DNA from: Eledone cirrhosa
Taxonomy: Eukaryota
DNA: 64,000 nt
Direction of reading: 5' to 3'
Assembly (NCBI GenBank): GCA_964016885.1
Contig: OZ024762.1
Span: forward strand, 22,506,001 to 22,570,000
How positions within the stretch are numbered: the first letter of the stretch is position 1; every line of letters begins with the position of its first letter. Of the stretch, positions 1 to 12,261 are shown piece after piece. The notes under the pieces were generated by a model. The model had not been told where the DNA came from, ran no database searches, and was given only the letters and a program-made list of their open reading frames with translations. Made by a program: the position numbers and the translations under genes.

Positions 1-46
1 TTTTTACACATTTCACAATGCTTCAAGCAAACTTTAACACCCTCTT
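1..46 (+). mobile_element. 3' tail of a Penelope-like element ending in (TA)n
   Basis: acaatgcttcaagcaaactttaaca resembles the reverse complement of 43546-43580, the 3' terminus of the Penelope-like element at 43545-45482. Confidence 0.55.
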
Positions 47-375
47 ATATATATATATATATATATAAACTCTGATGCACTCATCAATGGACATGAAGAT
101 ATATAAAGGATAGTAAAGAATGCCGTTATGTTAGGAAAACAGGAGAGAGTTTGACGTTAGGTGAGATATTGGTGAGTATATATATATATAGATATATATA
201 CAAATTTACATATATTTTTATGCATATATATAAAATATATATATTTATATGCATATATATATATATATATATTCATGATGTAGTGGTATCTAGTGGACTT
301 GAGAGGGGATAATTGAATTAAACATCCGTCATATTCCAATTCAATGTATAAATCTGTCCCCCCACCCCCCACCCT

Positions 376-941
<566 letters not shown>

Positions 942-1277
942 TACCAAAAGTTTATAATAAAACATATAACAATATCTATAACAATACATGCTTCTTGTGA
1001 GTGTGTCTGCCTGTGTAGCAAATGATATGAAGACTTCAGTGGAACAGTAAACTATCAATAATATATCATTGCTGACAAATAAACGGATTTCTAACAGCTG
1101 GAAATGCTATAGGAAGGGAATAAAGGTTTCAGAAATCTAACAAATCTGTCAACTGACGAACAGAATGCTTAGAGTCTTCAAATATACAGGGTTTGGTAAG
1201 GTTAGGTATCTGCCTAACTGTAACGGAAGCGGAAACGAAACCGGAAGCCGTTGCCGACTGCAATGTGTGTACGTATA

Positions 1278-1326
<49 letters not shown>

Positions 1327-1329
<3 letters not shown>

Positions 1330-1522
1330 AAAGTTTTTACAAAGGCAGCCTCCTAATTTAATGGTCGCTTATATTATGGTACGTCAAAATTATTTATAAA
1401 ACTGTTTATATATTGTATTTTATCTGACGAAGGCATGCCATATTTTTAATATGGTATCCCTGAAATATGTATAATGAAATAAATATGGTTTTATAATTAT
1501 AGTTTCCATTTGTTTAATATCG
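1327..1522 (+). mobile_element. Family B1 hammerhead-bearing element, single arm, in (TA)n
   Basis: Homologous to 45854-46099, 48157-48624 and 55277-55544; TA runs on both sides. Confidence 0.85.
1410..1486 (+). ncRNA. Minimal type-I hammerhead ribozyme (B1)
   Basis: atattgtattttat CTGACGA aggcatgccatatt-ttt-aatatggtatccct GAAA tatgta TA atgaaataaatat; stems I and II pair. Confidence 0.85.
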
Positions 1523-1566
1523 TATATATATATATATATATATATATTTTTATATATATATATATA

Positions 1567-1781
1567 GGAACGAGTAGGACCCCGACGGCTGAGCTCAAGC
1601 CGTTTCGACGGCTAATTCTGGACTAAAAAAAAAAAAAAAAAAATAGTCCAGAATTAGCCGTCGAAACGGCTTGAGTTCAGCCGTCGGGGTCCTACTCGGT
1701 CCTATTACCCACTCTACTACCCTAAGTATTGAGTACTTTGGTGCGTTATGGTCCACCTGGTTCCTTACCACATTCCCTTCG

Positions 1782-1783
<2 letters not shown>
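1567..1783 (+). mobile_element. Family A foldback element (hairpin with poly-A loop plus ~80-bp tail)
   Basis: Arms 1567-1624 and 1645-1702 are inverted repeats; five copies in the window, all in (TA)n. Confidence 0.9.
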
Positions 1784-1868
<85 letters not shown>

Positions 1869-1954
1869 TATATATACATATATTCATATGCATTTTCTGA
1901 ATGCACCTAAATATATACTTATGTGTCTGGTGTATGTGTTTGTATATGCATATC

Positions 1955-2013
<59 letters not shown>

Positions 2014-2213
2014 CCATGTATACACACACAGACACACACACAGATACATATATCACACACACACATATACATATATATATATATATATGTATATGAATAT
2101 TTATATATTATATCTATATACATATATATCAATTATATTTGGTAAAAGCAAACAAGATAAAGAAACATTTACGTATTTACTTAGAAATTCCCAACTGCAG
2201 TGTCGTTTATTAT

Positions 2214-2287
<74 letters not shown>

Positions 2288-2493
2288 ATATTTGGGGAGG
2301 GTCATATTTGCGTAATATTGCCAGAATTAATAACAGAACACACTCACTGTTTGGTTGGTTTTCGCTTCTCGCTGTCTTTTATATATATATATCTGCGATC
2401 TAACTTACTCGGTCCTCAATGTTGCCATTGACTGACCGGCGGTCAAAAATAATACAGATACAATATAGACAAACACATATATATATATAGTTT

Positions 2494-2533
2494 ACATAAA
2501 TCTTTCGTTGCACATCTGCAACATCGTCAGTGG
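2494..2533 (-). ncRNA. Minimal hammerhead ribozyme (H), ~270 nt downstream of the GIY-YIG stop
   Basis: Minus strand: cca CTGACGA t gttgca-gatg-tgcaac GAAA gatt TA tg; perfect 6-bp stem II, short stem I. Confidence 0.75.
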
Positions 2534-2801
2534 TGTTATATTCATTGTTCCTCCTGTTGTGTTGTATGTCTACGCCATTTTTTTGTTCAGTCTGTCTATA
2601 TATTTATTTATTTATTTGCTTGTTTGTTTATCTTATTTTATTTTGTCTTCTTTGCGCATGCGTTTGCGTGTGTGTATAGTGTTATGTGTGATGTGTGACT
2701 AGTGTGTATAGTGTTGTGTCTGCTGGGTGACTAGTGTGTGTTTATGTGCTTGTGTATGTATTTATTTATCTTATTTTATTTAATTTAATTTACTTATTTA
2801 T

Positions 2802-3275
2802 TTATACTTCTCTTAGGTCAGTGTTGTTTGTTTGGGTGTTGTTGTTGTTCCACTCATTCTTTCTGTTTAGCTTTGGTCTTCTAATTTCTATTTCACTGGC
2901 CTCTCTGATTTGCCTATCTGCTGGGTCATTCCTATGTTTAGATATTATTCTAATTTCTATGTTGTCTATGTTACCGTCATGATGTTGTCTAGCATGTTCG
3001 TATAGTACTGACCCGTTTTTTCGTCCTTTTAGTTCCCCCCAGTGTTGGTCTATCCTTTCACCTATGCTACGAGCTGTCTCACCTATGTATGTTGTTGTCG
3101 TGTTTCTGCAAGTACCCTCTGTACATCTTATGCTATAGACTACGTTTCTAGTTTTACAGTTTATCCGGGGGTTCACCTTACATATGATACATTTCCTATT
3201 GGTACAGTGGGTTTTCTTAAAAGGGTAGGTTTTGCTGATCAGGGATTTTATGGTGGTTCCTGGCTTTTCTACCAC
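2802..3275 (-). pseudogene. GIY-YIG endonuclease domain of a Penelope-like element (5' truncated)
   Basis: CxxC...NCKTRNVVYSIRC...YIGETARSIGERIDQH...LYEH...RQIREASEI...PKLN. Confidence 0.9.
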
Positions 3276-3309
3276 CTTTATTTTTAATATATTATATATA
3301 TATATATAT

Positions 3310-3604
3310 GTAGGAGGTGAGTTTTATTGTAGTACAATAAAGCAATGCAGATATCGGATAAGAAGCACTCTACAGTCTGTAGGACTGGAATATACATAAT
3401 ATAATATATAAGAACAAAAGATGGTTGATTTAAAACTGCACTATGTTGATTTAAAACTGCACTATCCACAAGTGTTTTTTAACCTTCATATCATGTCTTC
3501 CTGTTTTATCTGATGAAAACACAAATATTATTGCATGATGATATTTGTTTTTGAAATGCGCATAATAAAATACATGGAACTCTTTTAACCATCTTTTGTT
3601 CTTA
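3310..3604. mobile_element. Family C element with one arm mostly deleted
   Basis: Inverted homologue of 55570-55998; keeps the tail, ~20 bp of one arm and one full arm. Confidence 0.9.
3502..3572 (+). ncRNA. Minimal hammerhead ribozyme (C)
   Basis: tgttttat CTGATGA aaacacaaatattatt-gcat-gatgatatttgttttt GAAA tgcgca TA ataaaata. Confidence 0.88.
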
Positions 3605-3613
3605 TATATATAT

Positions 3614-4151
<538 letters not shown>

Positions 4152-4158
4152 GTTATTT

Positions 4159-4343
4159 AATTGTTTCTACTTTTGGCACAAGGCCAGCAATTATCCCAGT
4201 GCATTACTGGTAATTTATTTTATCGACCCAGTAAGGATGAAAAGCTGAGTTAACTTCGGCGCGATTTGAACTCAGACCGTAAAGGGACGTAACTATGCTG
4301 GAAAGCATGGCGTCCCACCCTCTACCGATACTGCCCAATCCAC
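4159..4343 (-). mobile_element. tRNA-derived SINE (main family)
   Basis: A-box-like ggcagtatcgg, B box gagttcaaatc, central tttcatcctt...gtcgataaaa, tail ggccttgtgcc...gtagaaacaatt. Confidence 0.9.
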
Positions 4344-4718
4344 TATAATAACAGCAAGAACATCATAAACTACAACAACTCTACTTGAGGTTATTCAACA
4401 AGTTAAATACAAAGAATCAAAAAGAAAGAAGCAGAAACAACAATATAATAAATTAATCTAAAAAATCTAAGCCGCTTATGTCAAGGCTAAATCGATTAGA
4501 AATGGCGCATACCATCCAATTAACAAGTATCAAATATTCAGGTGAGGATTCAAGCGATGAAGAATTTCAAAGATCTTTCCTCAATTACGTGTTTGCAAAC
4601 CCTGCGGTACCCCACCCCTAAAAGATCACTTTCTCTCTTGCTGTTTTTCTCTCCCCTTTCACCATTCCTAACAGGTCTTCTATATTTTTATCTTATCTAT
4701 CGCAGTCTTGTGTATATA

Positions 4719-4798
<80 letters not shown>

Positions 4799-4810
4799 TG
4801 TATATATATA

Positions 4811-4848
<38 letters not shown>

Positions 4849-4909
4849 TGTATATATATATATATGTGTGTATATATATATATATATGTGTATATATATA
4901 TACATATAT

Positions 4910-5048
<139 letters not shown>

Positions 5049-5439
5049 CTATGTATGCATATATATATATATATATATGTGTATATATATATGCATGTAT
5101 ATCATATCTAAAAGATTACAATCACATACAAATTTAACGTGTTGTTGTTAATAATTAATACGAACAGAAACAAACAATATATATATATATATCAATAAAG
5201 AAATAGGAGAACTAGACACCACTAATCATCTCTGAAGACAGAAGCTCTAACTTAAAGAATTAAAAAGCTAACTTATTGAAGCTAAAACAAGGTTTACTGT
5301 ACTTAAAATTGGTTCTTACGTTTACTGTAAATTACAACCCTCTTAATTATTCATTCAAAATATATTCTGTGCGGATTCATTCGTCTATTATTAATTTATG
5401 CAAGATAAAAGAGAGTTTTGTAAGTTTTTTTTTCTATGA

Positions 5440-5670
5440 AGTCGAGTGTTGAATCAAATATAATAATATCACTGATGGTGTCACAGGTGGGTGACGAAAG
5501 TATTCTGAGAAACTATATTTATAACTATATTTCTAACTGTTGGTCAATCAGTGATAAACATTGATTGCCAGCTGAATTAATTATAGAATTATAAAATATG
5601 CTGAAGAGAGAACCAACCCAACCCAAACAGCAAGTGTTTTTTATTATATATTTCTGGCAATATTATAACA
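5440..5670 (+). mobile_element. Family H Penelope 3' end with degenerate hammerhead at 5467-5510
   Basis: tatca CTGATGG t gtcac-aggtgg-gtgac GAAA gtat TC tgaga (A9 replaced by G); downstream matches 18663-18810. Confidence 0.7.
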
Positions 5671-5673
5671 ACA

Positions 5674-6050
5674 TCTGAGTTCAAATTCCGCCGATGTTAG
5701 CTTTGCCTTTCATTCTTACGGGGTCGATAAAATAAAGTACCAGTCACGCACTGGGGTCGATATAATTGAACACCCCCCGCCCCCCCAAAAAAAATTGCTG
5801 GTCTTGTGCCTATATAAGAAACCATTATTAGTGCGGTGGATTGGCAGAATCGGTAGAGCGTCTGACAATATTCTTTGTGGCATAGAGGTACGGCACTTTA
5901 CGTTCTGAGTTCACATCCTATCAAGGTTAGCTTTGCCTTTCATTCTTATGGGGTCGATAAAATAAAGTACCAGTGATGCATTGGGGCCGATTTAATTAAA
6001 TTTCCCCTCCCCTTCAAATTGCTGGCCTTGTGCCTAATTAGAAACAATTA
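5674..6050 (+). mobile_element. Two adjacent main-family SINE copies
   Basis: 5674-5830 (5' truncated) and 5833-6050 match the SINE consensus. Confidence 0.85.
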
Positions 6051-7234
6051 TTATCGAAGTGAAAATAATACTACCAGGGATATTGGTAGTCGTTAAAGGA
6101 AAATATTTTTGTTTCAGCGAGATCAGATTAACGAACATTTCTAATAAGTGATGTCTTAATTCTCTTAGTACCATATCAATTAAGTAACCCTTAAACTACT
6201 TTAAACTATATTAAGTAAAATTAAGATGAATTTAAAATAAATTAAAATGCATAATTCAAATTATATTAAGAGAAATTGAGACGGTATTTTCTTAATTCTA
6301 AAACGCTAATCTCAAATTTTATTGAAATGTCTGGAAATATAATAATGATAGACTAATTTATATTAGGATAAGCCTTATAAATGAGCTACTCTGTTATAAT
6401 TGTATTATAATTCTAATTAATAAAGTTGAATGCCAGTTAGATTTCTATATGCTTCTATAGTGCTTCCTTTAGTTAATAATATAAATCAACTTAAATTTGA
6501 CTCACCTCAACAATGGGTCTGTATAAGTGATACAACATCAAAAAATCTGCATCTAATCGTTAATTTTAACCACAATAATCCATCTAATAGTTAACACCTT
6601 AGAAAGTCTACCAAATTATAACTCTATTAAATTTACCACTTTTAATCTTAAATCAGAGTCATGTCGTAATTTTACAGGATTAGAAGCTCAAACAATGTAT
6701 ATGAATATTTAAAACGTAGAATTGTATTCAAAATTTCACTTTTAGAAAACCTCTGAAGAGATTCTTTTAAAGATATAGAGAGAAAGCGACGTCTATATGA
6801 GTATCTTTCACCTTCAACTAACTTCTAACTTACCCTCCACCTCTGGGTCCCGGGGGACAGCGAGAGAGACACGCTTGAACAGGCCACTCCACCTCGCGTG
6901 GCTCTCACCTGCGGGCGACCAAGTTTTATGAGTGAGAAACATGAACAGGTTTGTGTTTTCACGCCAGGAAGTTTTTAGCTTTGGTTAACGTTCGAAGAAG
7001 CCTTATTTGAAGCTGAATCCTCAGTAGAATTTTTCTGTAAAATATATGGTCTCAACACTTCAAAGTCTGAAGTCTCATACTTAGGAGAGGAAAAAGAAAA
7101 TGTACGCCCAACATCTTTGGCAGTTTCTTCAAATGCTAACAGCTTTTGGGATCACTTCACTTAAAACTTATGATTTCTCAAACTTAACCATCGTTTCACC
7201 AATGAGTGCCTTTTAAGACAGAATATTGGTTTCT

Positions 7235-7370
7235 GATTCAGGCACAAGGCCAACAATTTCAGGAAAATGGAAAGTCGATTAAATCGACCCTAGTGCATTA
7301 CTGGTACATTATTTTATCGACCACATAAGGATGAAAAGCAAACCTTAGCGGGATTTGAACTCCGAACGTA
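7235..7370 (-). mobile_element. Main-family SINE fragment
   Basis: ggcacaaggcc...tttatcgacc...ggatgaaaagc...ggatttgaactc. Confidence 0.8.
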
Positions 7371-7404
7371 ACATGTATTTACACTTACAATTAGGTCACA
7401 ATAA

Positions 7405-7957
7405 ATTCCCCCTGGACGGGACGCCAGTCCAGCGAAAGGTTAAACCCCCAGCTATTGATGGTAAACATTTCAAGCTGAGTATACTGGAGTAACCTGAAAT
7501 GAAGTGTCTTGCTAAAGACCTCAACACAAAACCTAGCCCTTATTTTCACTAGCTACTGGTGGAACTTATTTTCAGCTGAATATAGTAGAGCAACATGAAA
7601 TGAAGTCTTTTGCTCAGCAACTAGTCGAGGAATCGAACCCACGACATTAAGATCGAAAGTCCAACACACTTACCACTTGGCCATGTTACACTCCCCCTTG
7701 GACAGGACGCCAGTCCAGCGAAAGGTTAAACCCCCAGCTATTGCTGGTACTTATTTTGATCTGACTCTACTGGAGCAACGTAAAATGAAGTGTTTTGCTC
7801 ACAAACGCAATACACAAACTAGTGGAGGAATCGAACCCACAGCATTAAGATCGAAAGTCCAACACACTTACCACTAGACCACGATAAACACCCCTTGGCC
7901 AGGACGCCAGTCCACCGCAAGGTTAAACCACCAACTTTTGCTTCTATACATTTCAAG
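7405..7957 (-). mobile_element. Second tRNA-derived SINE family, 2-3 tandem copies
   Basis: Repeated ggacgccagtccagcgaaaggttaaaccccc...ggaatcgaacccac (reverse-complement B box)...taccact. Confidence 0.8.
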
Positions 7958-9050
7958 CTGAGTATACTGGAGCATGGTGAAATGAAATGTTTTGCTGAAG
8001 AACACAACACACAACCCAGTCAAAGAATCTAACACACTACAGTAGGATCGTAAGTCAAACAACCTTACCACTAGGCCACACACTTCCACTGAGTATACTG
8101 GAGCATGGTGAAATGAAATGTTTTGCTGAAGAACACAGTATACTGGAGCATGGTGAAATGAAATGTTTTGCCGAAGAACACAACACACAACCCAGTCAAA
8201 GAATCTAACACACTACAGTAGGATCGTAAGACCAACAACCTTACCACTAGGCCACACACCTCCACTGAGTATACTGGAGCATGGTGAAATGAAATGTTTT
8301 GCTGAAGAACACAACACACAACCCAGTCAAAGAATCTAACACACTACAGTAGGATCGTAAGACCAACAACCTTACCACTAGGCCACACACCTCCACTGAG
8401 TATACTGGAGCATGGTGAAATGAAATGTTTTGCTGAAGAACACAACACACAACCCAGTCAAAGAATCTAACACACTACAGTAGGATCGTAAGACCAACAA
8501 CCTTACCACTAGGCCACACACCTCCACTGAGTATACTGGAGCATGGTGAAATGAAATGTTTTGCTGAAGAACACAACACACAACCCAGTCAAAGAATCTA
8601 ACACACTACAGTAGGATCGTAAGACCAACAACCTTACCACTAGGCCACACACCTCCACTGAGTATACTGGAGCATGGTGAAATGAAATGTTTTGCTGAAG
8701 AACACAACACACAACCCAGTCAAAGAATCTAACACACTACAGTAGGATCGTAAGACCAACAACCTTACCACTAGGCCACAAACCTCCACTGAGTATACTG
8801 GAGCAACGTGAAACAATGTGTTTTGCCGAAGGAATGAACACACAACCCAGTCAAAGAATCTAAACCACTACATTAGGATCGTAAGACCAACAACCTTACC
8901 ACTAGGCCACACACTTCCACTGAGTATACTGGAGCAACGTGAAATAATGTGTTTTGCTGAAGGAATGAACACACAACCCAGTCAAAGAATCTAACCCACT
9001 ACATTACGATTGTAAGACCAACATCCTTACCACGGGGCCACGCGTCTCCA
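7958..9050 (-). repeat. 131-bp tandem array derived from the SINE head (~8 copies)
   Basis: Identical ORFs recur at 131-bp spacing (8450, 8581, 8712, 8843); the unit aligns to the adjacent SINE 5' part. Confidence 0.92.
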
Positions 9051-9294
9051 CAGGCATCTGTATAGCATAAGTAATCTTTGACGAAAATTGCGCTAAATAA
9101 AGAAAACATCTATTCAATAGTAAGCGTAATGAATTAATTATGTTAATTATAATTAACATTTTAATCATAATTATAATATTATTATGATATAATGACAAAA
9201 TACGGATCTTATCTTAATCTAATTTAATCTGTTATAATTAAAGTTTGAAACATTTGAGCGTAATTAAGGAAAACTATAACTGACTTAAATAACA

Positions 9295-9345
<51 letters not shown>

Positions 9346-9348
<3 letters not shown>

Positions 9349-9538
9349 CGAAGGAAATGTGATAAGGAACCAGATGGACCATAGCGCACCAAAGTACTCA
9401 ATACTTAGGGTAGTAGAGTGGGTAATAGGAACGAGTAGGACCCCGACGGCTGAGCTCAAGCCGTTTCGACGGCAAATTCTGGACTCCAGAATTAGCCGTC
9501 GAAACGGCTTGTGCTCAGCCGTCGGGGTCCTACTCGTT

Positions 9539-9541
<3 letters not shown>
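9346..9541 (-). mobile_element. Family A foldback element
   Basis: Tail then inverted repeat centred ~9484; TA flanks. Confidence 0.9.
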
Positions 9542-9627
<86 letters not shown>

Positions 9628-9691
9628 CATTAAATTATGCCATGACTAAATTATAACCATCAACATAGTCAGGGTATGTCAGGCATCAACT

Positions 9692-9757
9692 TATTTTATC
9701 TGATGAGGACGTACTGTTGAAATAGCTCAGTATCTCTGAAATATGTATAATAAAATA
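9692..9757 (+). ncRNA. Minimal hammerhead ribozyme (B2; element ~9629-9803)
   Basis: tattttat CTGATGA ggacgtactg-loop-cagtatctct GAAA tatgta TA ataaaata. Confidence 0.85.
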
Positions 9758-9815
9758 TATTTCATCACATGAATGTCTATATTTATTAATATTTTGAAGT
9801 AATATATATATATAT

Positions 9816-9883
<68 letters not shown>

Positions 9884-9889
<6 letters not shown>

Positions 9890-10396
9890 AGTGTAATTTT
9901 CTACACAAAACGAAGGTTATAGAGAAAATTGAGGTTGGTAATGGCACATGGAATATATAAGAGACAGAATACTTTTTTGTGAAAAAACATATAATTTTAT
10001 AAGGTAAGGAAATAATAAAGGGTATAAAAAATGACCGGTTTCGATGGGTCTGCAAAAGCCATCTTTTCAAATGTTGATTAATATTAAGAAAAATTAATAA
10101 TAAGAAGAAGAGTTAAAATTTGGTATGTTTGTATATATAGGTGTGTGTATATATATATGTACTTACACCTATATATACACACACCTATATATACACACAT
10201 ACCAAATTTTAACTCTTTTTATTATTAATTTTTCTTAATATTAATCAACATTTGAAAAGATGGCTTTTGCAGACCCATCGAAACCGGTCATTTTTTATAC
10301 CCTTTATTATTTCCTTACCTTATAAAATTATATGTTTTTTCACAAAAAAGTATTCTGTCTCTTATATATTCCATGTGCCATTACCAACCTCGCTTT

Positions 10397-10401
<5 letters not shown>
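9884..10401. mobile_element. Family D foldback element (~235-bp arms plus short tail)
   Basis: 9921-10160 is the near-perfect reverse complement of 10165-10401. Confidence 0.92.
10247..10294 (+). ncRNA. U3-A8 variant hammerhead (D); mirror copy on - at 10028-10075
   Basis: TTGAAAA gatgg-cttttgcagac-ccatc GAAA ccgg TC; stem I weak. Confidence 0.6.
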
Positions 10402-10455
<54 letters not shown>

Positions 10456-10769
10456 GGTTTAAGCAGGAAATTACAACTTTCACCTCATTATATATATATA
10501 TAGGTTGACTTTGCCTTTCATCCTTACGGGGTCGATAAAATAAAGTACCAGTAATGAACTGGTTAATTGCTGGCCTTGTGCCTAAAGTAGAAACAATCAT
10601 ATATATATATATATAGATAGATAGATAGAGAGAGAGAGAGGGGGGGGGGAGAGAGAGAGAGTGACAGTCTGTTGTATGTTGTACAGAAATCAATATATGG
10701 ATAAGGTATAGGTCGTATAAATTATAATTTAAGGAAGAATACATTCACGTACATTATTACATTATAACA

Positions 10770-11155
10770 TTATTACTATTAGTTTCACCTTTTACCGTTA
10801 CTGAGGCAAGCAATCGGATTAATAAAGGAGACAATTTTGAATTTATATACGATATAAATTACGAAAACTAGTGAATAAACACGTTAAGAATACACGACTA
10901 TTTGATGTAGCTTTAACATTATTGTATAAATCTATATGCCGTTCACTCACTTGTCATCTTGATATATGGCGGCAGCGCTAATGTTATGTCTAGATCAAAT
11001 AGCTTTGTATTGTTAACGTCCTAATTCAGCGGAGGTTTTTTTTTTCTATTTGTTAGTTTTTGTCTAGTAAATACTATATAGAAATATCTAAGGTGTCTCC
11101 TTTATTAAAATGATTGCTTGAAAAATCGGTTAAACGGGAAAATAGTCGTAATCTA
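10770..11155. mobile_element. Old, diverged foldback element
   Basis: caagcaatcggattaataaaggagaca vs tgtctcctttattaaaatgattgcttg, and acgttaagaatac...aacatta vs taatgtt...gtattgttaacgt, are inverted pairs. Confidence 0.7.
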
Positions 11156-11253
11156 TATGTGGTTTAACATAGCAATATATACACACAGACACGCACACAC
11201 ACACACACATGTATATATAATTATGTTTATGCATGTATGTATGTAGTTGTATG

Positions 11254-11349
<96 letters not shown>

Positions 11350-11378
11350 TATGTTCATATGTATATAAATATAAATTA

Positions 11379-11410
<32 letters not shown>

Positions 11411-11588
11411 GCACGCACACACACATATATATATATATATGTACATACACATTCTCACACACTCACACACACATATATATACTTACATAGATATATATAT
11501 ATATATATGTATGTATATACATATATCAATATATATATATAAGTATATATAAATGTGTGTGTGTGTATATATAGATGTATGTATATGA

Positions 11589-11684
<96 letters not shown>

Positions 11685-11762
11685 TCACAGGTCATGTACT
11701 ACCCTTTTAGCAACACATTTTCAATTTATATATTGACACCTGAGACACAGTCAAATGAACCG

Positions 11763-11818
<56 letters not shown>

Positions 11819-11836
11819 CCTCATTATCATCATTAT

Positions 11837-12245
11837 TGGCAGTATCGTTAGCGAATCAGACTCCCTGCATCGCGGAATAGAGTTACGGACCTTTACTTTC
11901 TCCGTTCAAATCCCGTCGAGGTAAGCTTTACCTTTCATCTTTTTAGGGTCGATAAAATAAAGTACCAGTAATGTACTGGGGTCGATTTAATCGACTTTCC
12001 CCTCCCCCACAATTACTGGCCTTATGCCTATATAACGAAACATTATTATCATAGGTCGGTGGATAGGCAGAATATGTAGAAGGTGGCACACCATGCTTTG
12101 ACGCATAGAGTTACGGCCCTTTCCATTCTGTGTTCAAATCTCGCCGAGGTTGACTTTGCCTTTCATTCTAATGGCGTCGATAAAATAATGTACCAGTAAT
12201 ACACTGGGTAATTGCTGGCCTTGTGCCCAAAGTAGAAACAATTAT
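11837..12245 (+). mobile_element. Two adjacent main-family SINE copies after (ATT)n
   Basis: 11837-12045 and 12055-12245 match the consensus. Confidence 0.85.
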
Positions 12246-12261
12246 TATTATTATTATTATT

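Larger units (their letters stand above)
2283..3280 (-). mobile_element. Penelope-like retroelement 3' fragment (GIY-YIG plus 3' region with hammerhead, family H)
   Basis: GIY-YIG ORF followed on the same strand by a hammerhead and a 3' end shared with 5440-5670, 18260-18816 and 45505-45770. Confidence 0.85.

Noticed and set aside
1018-1075. Degenerate hammerhead (ATGAAGA...TAAA)
   Set aside because: Needs two or more core mutations and has no second copy for support.
1153-1250. CTGACGA...GAAA ccgg as a hammerhead
   Set aside because: No UH after stem III and no consistent stem I/II closure; the CGGAAG repeats could equally be ETS-like motifs.
2802-3275. Selenocysteine (Naiad-type) recoding in the PLE ORFs
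   Set aside because: No in-frame TGA seen at conserved Cys positions in either GIY-YIG region, and no SECIS could be identified by eye.
6979-7164. Possible transposase remnant (EFFCKIYG...RPTS)
   Set aside because: Short, stop-bounded, single vague motif; needs an HMM search.
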